From IMG/VR virus record IMGVR_UViG_3300025375_000007, positions 1-40,679 of that record: a DNA stretch of 40,679 nt; one strand, given 5' to 3'. The translations under genes and the position numbers were made by a program. The stretch's first letter is position 1; the number at the start of each line of letters is the position of its first letter. Below are positions 33,615 through 40,679 of this stretch, piece after piece. This stretch comes from a virus (taxonomy: Duplodnaviria > Caudoviricetes). Below the pieces are notes generated by a model. That model had not been told where the DNA came from, ran no database searches, and saw only the letters and a program-made list of their open reading frames with translations.

Positions 33615-34454
33615 TTAATCCCATTCATATTCTGCAACATAAGCTTCTTTGGTCATAAGACCTTGCTTAACGAATTTATCACAAGCTGCTTTAGCTTCTG
33701 CAGGTAAGTTGTTGTAAGATTTCTTTCCAGTACCCACTGATGGTCTAGCTGTCCCATTAGAGGAGCCTTCCATCGGATTCTGTACTCGTTTCTTACCAAA
33801 CTTCTCTGGTAGCATTGCTGTAAGTTCCTCATCTAGTTTATCCAAGAAGGCTTGACCATTAAGGCTAGGGTTCTCACGACGGAGTTCAACACCTAATCCA
33901 TTAGCAATACCAGTCATTCTTGTATCTTTACCAAACCAGTCATTCTTCTCAATCCATGTATTTAAGATTGGGTCAGTAGTGACTTGTGGAACTTCTTTAG
34001 CTTTTTCTTCAGCTTCTTTTAAGTCTTGTTTTGCTTCTAGACGCTCTTCTTTAATAGCATCCATGGCATCGTCAATCGCTATTGCTCTGTCACCATCGCC
34101 TTGCGTAATTGCTTCACGCTTAGCTTGCTTCAGGTTTTCTAGCTGACTTTCCAAGTCTTTGGTCTTTCGCTCAAATTGTTGCTTTTGAAACTCACGAAAC
34201 TCTTTAGCAGTTTCACGTGCTTCTTCAGCCATCTTTTTAGCTTCACCTAATTCTTTAAGCAGTTTCTCATTGTTCTTACGAAGGATTGGCATAATCTCTT
34301 TACCACGACGTACAAACGTCTCAGCATCAACCCAATCGCTCTCAGAGCCACGGAACTCATCTGCTGCTACCCAGCCCTGCGCCCTTGCTTCGGACTCGTA
34401 CTGAGGGGCTTTTGGAGCGTCCTGTGGTGCTTCTTGTTGTGTTACTTCACTCAT
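33615..34454 (-). CDS. capsid scaffolding protein
   Basis: EARAQGW, long charged coiled coil, W..KNDWF, C-terminal helix. Confidence 0.75.
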   Translation of the reverse strand: MSEVTQQEAPQDAPKAPQYESEARAQGWVAADEFRGSESDWVDAETFVRRGKEIMPILRKNNEKLLKELGEAKKMAEEARETAKEFREFQKQQFERKTKDLESQLENLKQAKREAITQGDGDRAIAIDDAMDAIKEERLEAKQDLKEAEEKAKEVPQVTTDPILNTWIEKNDWFGKDTRMTGIANGLGVELRRENPSLNGQAFLDKLDEELTAMLPEKFGKKRVQNPMEGSSNGTARPSVGTGKKSYNNLPAEAKAACDKFVKQGLMTKEAYVAEYEWD

Positions 34455-34795
34455 GGTTTTCTTCCCTGTGCTAGATGTGGGTCAATCAACTTCATGTCAT
34501 CATCTAATTTACATACTAAGTTGTCGTAGTTAATCATTCGATAATCCACGCCATCTTTACCTTTGTACATCAAGCCAGCATACTTAGCGTAGCCAACTCT
34601 CATACCTACTGAAACAACACCGTCTGGAACTTCTTCACCTAAGGCAATAATCTCACCTGTAGTATTTGAAAGCTGTTCTCGCTCGCTGGTCTCTGCAGTA
34701 GAAATAATGATTCCACTTGCTGTCTTTTCTTCCACTTCGAGAGGCTTAATTAAAATCCTATCAAATACTGGAGTAATGCCAGACACATTAATCAT
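34451..34795 (-). CDS. groES: co-chaperonin GroES
   Basis: PVFDRILIKP..VEEKTASGIII mobile loop, GEIIALG, VGMRV.YAKYAG. Confidence 0.9.
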   Translation of the reverse strand: MINVSGITPVFDRILIKPLEVEEKTASGIIISTAETSEREQLSNTTGEIIALGEEVPDGVVSVGMRVGYAKYAGLMYKGKDGVDYRMINYDNLVCKLDDDMKLIDPHLAQGRKP

Positions 34796-35015
34796 CCTTC
34801 TTCTCCGTTACTGAATTCATTAACTCGTTGTAGTCTAAAGCTAGAATAGCTGTACATGCTGCTGCTCTTCCACGAATACTCGCATCGTCTTCGGTTCCTG
34901 CTAACAACATTTCTTTTAACCACTCTCTGTCGTTGTGTATTGCCCTCATAAAGGCTTGTGTTACACGACTTGCTTTCCATTCATTAAACTCAGGCTCTGT
35001 TACTACAATAGCCAT
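34788..35015 (-). CDS. hypothetical protein
   Basis: GGAGG RBS; F.EW....VT motif; lies between portal and GroES. Confidence 0.7.
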   Translation of the reverse strand: MAIVVTEPEFNEWKASRVTQAFMRAIHNDREWLKEMLLAGTEDDASIRGRAAACTAILALDYNELMNSVTEKKDD

Positions 35016-35027
35016 ACTACCTCCTTG

Positions 35028-37070
35028 TTACATCTCTGGTTTTTGTTCCTCTACCTGTGTAGGTTGAGACATATCATTCATGTGCTTTTCGAGGTCCATC
35101 ATGGCTCGTAAAGCAGATTGAATTCCTTCATTGTGTGCTTTGGCTGCTCCAATTTGAGCATCTAGCATCGCAATATCATGACCAGTTTTCACACCACCTG
35201 CTTGTTCTACGGCAAGGATAGCGTCTGCTTCTAACTTGTGAATCTTAGCTTGGTTGATTTCAACATCCTTCATAAGCTTCATCATGCCTAGTTTGAACTG
35301 CATTTGCATGTCGGCTTGTTTAGTTTGCATCTTCATTTGTTCAATCTGTACCTTCTCAGACGGTCCTGGCTTAATAGCGTTAGGGCCACGGGGGTCTGGT
35401 AGGATTTGTTCAATGTTGTTTACCTTCATTGCTCTGAGGTAGTTCTTCTGAACTTCATACATATTCATACCAGGAGTTGTGCTTGCTAACTGAAGCAAGG
35501 CAGAAGCCTGTTGAATACGTTGTGTGTCTGAAACAATGTTAGGGTCTGCTGCAGGACGTACATCAGATACAGGACCTGAGAAGTCATCAGCATCAATAAA
35601 GTTTTGACCTTGGTCGCTATTGTAGTTTTCAATACCTTGTAGGTACAGTTGATTCAAGCGATACAACTTACGGAACTCATCTTTAAGACTACGGTAGGTA
35701 CGTTTAAAGATACCAGAGAAAATCTTCATTCCTTGTTCTGCCATTGTCCTTGTAGTCTCAGCAGCAGTATTTTGACCTGGGTTTTGACCAGACAAGATGT
35801 CAACCGAGCCACCAATACGCTCACCGTAGTTGATAAGCATACTAAGCAATGTAAACAGAACTTGAGAAGGCTCTCTAACAGGTAAAGGCATAATACCTTT
35901 ACGCAGGTCATCGCCTGTCGTATCGACATGCTTCCACTCTAAAGGTGCGAAGTTGTAGTTACCGCCTCTGAGCTTGATTCCACGACTAAGGAATCCACCT
36001 GCGGTATTGGCCATCGTGCCTGTGTCAATAAGCTGGTTGAGAAGGGTATCGATACTCTGATTAAGTGGTCCAAGAAGACTTCCAAAACCGAGGTCATAGA
36101 ATCCACCATCAGGTGAGGGAATGAAAGGGAACTTAGTAAAGTACGTTTCTGCTTTGATGGAGAGGACATTACCTTTTTCATCTCTTTCAATAGAAGTGTC
36201 GAAGTAGCGAGCTACAATGCGGAGAACTTGTTTAGTATCACGACGCATCCAGATGATGTACGGCTCAGCGTAGCCATCACCGTCAAAGTCAATGAAGGTA
36301 TGTTGTTCTAGGATTTCGTAAGGAGTGCTATCGTCAATAGAATCAGGAGCAGTCATGCCCTGAGCTTTGTTCTGAGCCAAAGTCATGTTTGACTGAGGAA
36401 CAGCAGCAGGACGGCCTTCCTTCATCTCAGACCACAAGCCACGAGCTACACGCTCATAGATGTCGTTCTTAGATAGGTATTGGATTTGGGTAATGCGTGG
36501 GGACGTATCTAAATGCTTAGTCCAATAGTTTACGACAAAGTCTTTAGCAAGGATATGCTCAGAGACGTTGTACTTTAGGATTGGGTCAAAGTAAGATTTC
36601 TTAAAGGCACAACCTACAATAGGCTGAGAGATAAGAACTCTATCCATCTCAGATTCCCACGTAGTGTCTTCTTCAAGAATCTGGTAAGACATGAACTGGC
36701 TTACACGATGAGCACGTTGCTCTTTAGCACCTGTAGGGTCGTCACCGATTACACGACACTGTACGGGAGTCTCCCCGTTAATAAGTACGGGATAACTGCG
36801 AGCATGAAACTGCAAAGCAGCAATAGTAATAAGCGGAAATTTGACATTGGACGCTCCAGGCCAAGGAAAGGACTTAGCTTCAGCTACCTGAAGAGCTAAC
36901 TTCATAGCATCTTCAGTACGTTTCTCCCAAGCAGAACGAGACTCCAAGTCAGCTTGAAATCCTTTGTAGACGTTGTAGCTAATAGTATTGAGGTCAGCCT
37001 CTTCCAAAATATCAGCGATATTTGGTAGAGAGACAATCTCATCTAAGTTAAGTTCGGTATTTAGTTTCAT
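35028..37070 (-). CDS. portal protein
   Basis: 680 aa directly after TerL; PWPGASNV, G.AFKK.Y.D, DFDGDG, GFY.LG, QLID.GT. Confidence 0.9.
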   Translation of the reverse strand: MKLNTELNLDEIVSLPNIADILEEADLNTISYNVYKGFQADLESRSAWEKRTEDAMKLALQVAEAKSFPWPGASNVKFPLITIAALQFHARSYPVLINGETPVQCRVIGDDPTGAKEQRAHRVSQFMSYQILEEDTTWESEMDRVLISQPIVGCAFKKSYFDPILKYNVSEHILAKDFVVNYWTKHLDTSPRITQIQYLSKNDIYERVARGLWSEMKEGRPAAVPQSNMTLAQNKAQGMTAPDSIDDSTPYEILEQHTFIDFDGDGYAEPYIIWMRRDTKQVLRIVARYFDTSIERDEKGNVLSIKAETYFTKFPFIPSPDGGFYDLGFGSLLGPLNQSIDTLLNQLIDTGTMANTAGGFLSRGIKLRGGNYNFAPLEWKHVDTTGDDLRKGIMPLPVREPSQVLFTLLSMLINYGERIGGSVDILSGQNPGQNTAAETTRTMAEQGMKIFSGIFKRTYRSLKDEFRKLYRLNQLYLQGIENYNSDQGQNFIDADDFSGPVSDVRPAADPNIVSDTQRIQQASALLQLASTTPGMNMYEVQKNYLRAMKVNNIEQILPDPRGPNAIKPGPSEKVQIEQMKMQTKQADMQMQFKLGMMKLMKDVEINQAKIHKLEADAILAVEQAGGVKTGHDIAMLDAQIGAAKAHNEGIQSALRAMMDLEKHMNDMSQPTQVEEQKPEM

Positions 37071-38587
37071 TAATATCCTGTAACAGCGTTTCGTCCAGCT
37101 TGGTCATACCCATAATCATGTAGGGCAACCCTGTATTCTTCTTCATCGACTTCACTTTGAGTAGCAGCTACTTGCATCTGGTTTAAGAGTAAACCAATGT
37201 AGGCCCAAGCGTCGACCTGGTCATCGTGTCTATCTCTAGGGAAACGCAATAGCTCATCTTCAAATGTTTGATACCAATCAGCAGAGGTGTCAAATTTAAC
37301 GGCTCCTGCTCTCATACGAGCTTGCATTGACCTTGCACGACTCAACTTATCACCAGAAGGCTTGAGTAAAACTAAGTTGATAAATGTGTCCTGCTTCATC
37401 ATTGCTTCGTTAAGGTATGGTCCGATAGACTTCTGGATTGTACCTGCCTCGATTCCAAACAACTCAGGGTTGTAAGTTCGCTGGAGGGCAAGAATGGTTT
37501 CCACAATCTGCATCGCATCCATCCTGTCACGGATGATGTTCACACACTGCAAGTGCTGATTTTCATCCATCCCTGCCACAGCAAAAACACTGTAATCACT
37601 ATGTTGTCTTTGACTAATAGCTAAGTCAGCAGCAATGTAGTAATTTAAATTCTTTTTTCTATCTTCGTCTTTAAGTGGTGAGAAGTCACTCTTCTTAAAG
37701 AATCCGTTAGCATCATCAAGAGGTACGTTGAGCATCTCTTGAGAATATACGTCAGCCAAACCTTGTGCGACGTATTGAGCTTTACGCTCTTCTAAAGCTT
37801 TCTTGTTCCATCGAGCAGGCCACAGTATCTTACTAAAGTCATCTGTGTGTGCTCTGTACTTAATGGACAACCAAGAAGTCTTGTAATTTGTATACTGCTT
37901 TAAATCTTCAGTAATGAGATTCTTTAAAGCTTTAGTGCCCAGTGAGGCTAGTTGGGACTCAGGCATCAACCTTTCAAGAAGGGAGTCTAAGTGCAAAATA
38001 GTACCTACTATGCGAATCTTACCTGTAACTGACAGGGCAGGGATAAGAGCTGAGTAGAACCATCTACGAAGCTTTTCACGTCTATCCTTGTTTAGAACCT
38101 GTTCATCAGATTCCATATCGTCACAGATGATTAAGTCTGGACGTTTGTTCAGCCATTTCAAACCACGAAGCTTTTGTTCTGAACCTTTAGCTTGGATTCT
38201 AAATGTATGACCATCATCGAATTTACCTATTATATCATCTTCGGTTTGTTTTGTCAACTCAATGTTACCAAATAAACCATGTATATCGTCATTGTCCCTG
38301 AGTTCTTTAATAATATCACCTAAGAACAAACCAGCTTGCGAGAAGCTGTCTGAGACAATCAAGACATACTTAGACCTACGAAATAGTACTTCTGCAAGAC
38401 AATATGCGTAAGTGACGGCAGTAGATTTACCATGACCACGAGGAGCAGCAATAGCAACAAACTTGTCTTTATGGCAGCACAAGCTCCACAGTTCTCTGTG
38501 GAATTCTGGGGTCTCCGTAGCCGAATCATAGTTTTTAACTAGACAGGCGTTACTAAAACCTTCAATGACTTCACTTGTTAGCTCCAC
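37070..38587 (-). CDS. terL: terminase large subunit
   Basis: Walker A APRGHGKS, Walker B IICDD, VGTILH, ADLAIS, HDDQVDA. Confidence 0.95.
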   Translation of the reverse strand: MELTSEVIEGFSNACLVKNYDSATETPEFHRELWSLCCHKDKFVAIAAPRGHGKSTAVTYAYCLAEVLFRRSKYVLIVSDSFSQAGLFLGDIIKELRDNDDIHGLFGNIELTKQTEDDIIGKFDDGHTFRIQAKGSEQKLRGLKWLNKRPDLIICDDMESDEQVLNKDRREKLRRWFYSALIPALSVTGKIRIVGTILHLDSLLERLMPESQLASLGTKALKNLITEDLKQYTNYKTSWLSIKYRAHTDDFSKILWPARWNKKALEERKAQYVAQGLADVYSQEMLNVPLDDANGFFKKSDFSPLKDEDRKKNLNYYIAADLAISQRQHSDYSVFAVAGMDENQHLQCVNIIRDRMDAMQIVETILALQRTYNPELFGIEAGTIQKSIGPYLNEAMMKQDTFINLVLLKPSGDKLSRARSMQARMRAGAVKFDTSADWYQTFEDELLRFPRDRHDDQVDAWAYIGLLLNQMQVAATQSEVDEEEYRVALHDYGYDQAGRNAVTGY

Positions 38588-38834
38588 TCGTTCTATTACC
38601 TTTTTTTCTATTTACTGCCTTGCTTACAACTCGAAGGTTGCTCTTAGCGGTACTACCGCCTTTACTTAAAGGTTTCTTGTGGTCAACTTCTTTACCATCA
38701 CCTTTGGAGACCTTACCAGCAGAAGCCATCTCAGCTCTTGCACCATTCCTGGAGGCTCTGTTCTTCTTTTGAGTCCCAGTACCATGGTAGTCTTTATATT
38801 CTTGTTTGTAGTTACGTGGTTCCTTGCGGGGCAA
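38571..38834 (-). CDS. small basic HNH protein
   Basis: RNYKQEY...[16 protein letters not shown]....NLRVV....NR. Confidence 0.8.
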   Translation of the reverse strand: MPRKEPRNYKQEYKDYHGTGTQKKNRASRNGARAEMASAGKVSKGDGKEVDHKKPLSKGGSTAKSNLRVVSKAVNRKKGNRTSGANK

Positions 38835-39267
38835 AATAGTTTCCTTTGGACAAGTTTTCTTTAGCAGGGATAACCCTTAAATTGTTATGAACATGTAATC
38901 CACAAACATTTTTACCCTGTAAAGGGACTATATGGTCCACATGCCACTTTTCACCGCTTTCCTTACTCAGCATAGCTGCTAAGGAATAATAACATTCTAT
39001 ACGTTCTAAATTAGCCCAAGAAGCTGTTGCAGTTGTCCTTGAAGCACGTTGCCTAGCATTCTTGGCATTTACTTTAGGCTTGTTCTGTAACCTGTATTCC
39101 TTATACTGTTCAGACCGTTTTTCTTTATTTTGTTCTTCCCAATTTTTTTTAACAATTGCGTGTAGTTCTTTGTTGTCTTGTTGCCACTTTTTTTGATACT
39201 GTTTAACGTGTTCTTTATTCCGTTCACGCCACAGTTTCATTGAAAGTTTTTTTGTTTCAGACACCAT
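38812..39267 (-). CDS. HNH endonuclease
   Basis: [36 protein letters not shown] with helical basic N-terminal repeats. Confidence 0.9.
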   Translation of the reverse strand: MVSETKKLSMKLWRERNKEHVKQYQKKWQQDNKELHAIVKKNWEEQNKEKRSEQYKEYRLQNKPKVNAKNARQRASRTTATASWANLERIECYYSLAAMLSKESGEKWHVDHIVPLQGKNVCGLHVHNNLRVIPAKENLSKGNYFAPQGTT

Positions 39268-39790
39268 TTTCGATTACCAAAGGTTGAGGTGTAATATCTT
39301 TTTCGGTTGTTTTAGGCTTAGCAAAGGCTCTAAACTGTTCAGCAAGCTTAGCTAGTCTGTCGTCTACAGTACGCTCTATCTGCTCCTGTATAGGCTTATC
39401 TTCAATGATATCCTTACGAGCTAACATATCATTAGCGACCTTGGTAGCATCCTTTAAACTGACAGGAACACGAATTAGCTCAGAGGTCTTAGGGTCATAT
39501 TGATAATTACCCTTTTCTAAGCGGTCCTCAGTCACATCTAAAGCTTTAGACACAATCTTAGTTAACCTAGCATTGAGCTTTAAGTTATCTTCAGACTTAA
39601 GGTCATCAACCATCTTCTTGAACCAGTCAGCATAACGCCAACGATTAAAGGTAGCTAAGGGTATGTCTAAGACAGCAGCAGTCTGTGCGCCATTGCCTAA
39701 AGCTAAGAATGTAGTAGCAGCCTCAAGTTTCTGAGTATCCGACCACCATTTACCTTCAGCTTTTAAATCTCTCTTTTTACGCCTTGTCAT
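39257..39790 (-). CDS. putative terminase small subunit
   Basis: HTH-like N-terminus (IPLATFNRW); first gene of the packaging operon; AAGGA RBS favours the MTRRKK start. Confidence 0.65.
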   Translation of the reverse strand: MTRRKKRDLKAEGKWWSDTQKLEAATTFLALGNGAQTAAVLDIPLATFNRWRYADWFKKMVDDLKSEDNLKLNARLTKIVSKALDVTEDRLEKGNYQYDPKTSELIRVPVSLKDATKVANDMLARKDIIEDKPIQEQIERTVDDRLAKLAEQFRAFAKPKTTEKDITPQPLVIENGV

Positions 39791-39957
39791 ACGTTCCTTT
39801 ACTTGTGGGGTCATTATAACATGCTTTTGTTTAAAAGTCAAGGATTATTTTAAAAGATACAAAATGTATCTCATTGTTTACAAATACCTACGTTATGTAT
39901 ACTATGAGATACAAAACCCTAATCTAAAAGAGACAATAAAGACAATGAAGATAGTAC

Positions 39958-39986
39958 TTGACAAATCTAAAAATGTATGCTATTAT
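39958..39986 (+). promoter_or_regulatory. sigma70-type promoter, divergent from TerS
   Basis: TTGACA, 17 bp spacer, TATTAT with extended TG. Confidence 0.7.
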
Positions 39987-40249
39987 ATACTGTATAGTAT
40001 CTTAGTAGTTCTTTTTAGTTTCTGTATAGTAAGTATTTTATAGAGTTTACTATTAAAGGTTATTACTAAGTAGCTACTAAGATGTCTTTATCTATGTAGT
40101 ACTATAGGGCAAAGAGAACTTCTCAGCCCTTCACAGTGCTTCGAGCACATCTTCCACAGGCTACCGAGCACAGGTTAGCCCTGCCTAGTAACTCTGCAGT
40201 CTTCCCTAGACTTCTCTATGCAGATACTACCCCCTTTTTTAAAAAGTAT

Positions 40250-40570
40250 GTCAGCGTTATAAATAGCGTTATATAAAAACTATAATAATTCTTTTTGACC
40301 CTCCCTGCCCTGTGAATCTATAGGGATTCTCCCCAGCTCTGCTGCCCTTCATTGTCTCCAGCTATTCACCTATTAAGGCTATAGCGTAAGACTATTAAGG
40401 CTATGCAGGACGATAGCTATTCACTATAGCGTTATCGCTATAGAATACTAATCAAGTACTTAGCCTTCTCTCCCTAGTCTTATTCCTATATACAGATTGA
40501 TAAGACAATATCTCATCTTATATATCTATTAGTTATATAGAATCCTTCCTACTCTCTCCCTAGTCTTCTG
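40250..40570. repeat. non-coding short-repeat and hairpin cluster
   Basis: CTATTAAGGCTAT x2, CTCTCCCTAGTCTT x2, AGCGTTATA x2, perfect hairpin CTATAGCG-TTAT-CGCTATAG (40424-40443), IHF-like site 40450-40462. Confidence 0.6.
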
Positions 40571-40679
40571 CTAAGTTATCCCCTATAAATAGGCGTAAAG
40601 CTCTTCCGTTGTATTTTCACAACTAAGGGTATGTCCTAATAGATTTATATATATATAGCCACTAAATTACATATATAGA

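Noticed and set aside
40410-40430. TCACTATAG resembling a T7/SP6 promoter core
   Set aside because: Single copy, upstream half does not match, no phage RNAP seen, and it is explained by the local hairpin

Overview
The window is most of a ~40 kb lytic podovirus-type (Caudoviricetes) genome, probably from a Gram-negative host given its Rz/Rz1 spanins, sigma70 promoters and IHF-like sites. It has two convergent arms. The + arm (1-11474) is a T7-like replication and nucleotide module: gp4-like primase-helicase, family A DNA polymerase (Tyr762 type), SSB, 5'-3' exonuclease, HEXXH peptidase, resolvase, DEDD exonuclease, gp1.7/DUF3310-like protein and class II RNR. No phage RNA polymerase or integrase is visible in the window. 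The - arm (39790-11712) is morphogenesis and lysis: TerS, HNHs, TerL, portal, GroES, scaffold, capsid, fibre module, tail fibre, tailspike, P22 gp4/gp10-like tail, GNAT, three ejection proteins, lysozyme, holin and Rz with an embedded Rz1. The most unusual items are (1) a PurD/GAR-synthetase-like ATP-grasp ligase that lacks the canonical N-terminal GGREH motif and is translationally coupled inside the ejection/tail operon; (2) a structured 240-bp junction between the arms, with a terminator, a symmetric repeat/palindrome array and a candidate pseudoknot RNA carrying a duplicated 10-nt motif; (3) apparent genome-wide absence of GATC, CCGG and CGCG; (4) an uncharacterised globular domain at the N-terminus of the largest ejection protein; and (5) a branched fibre/tailspike system. 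All calls come from motif reading by eye; no searches were run.
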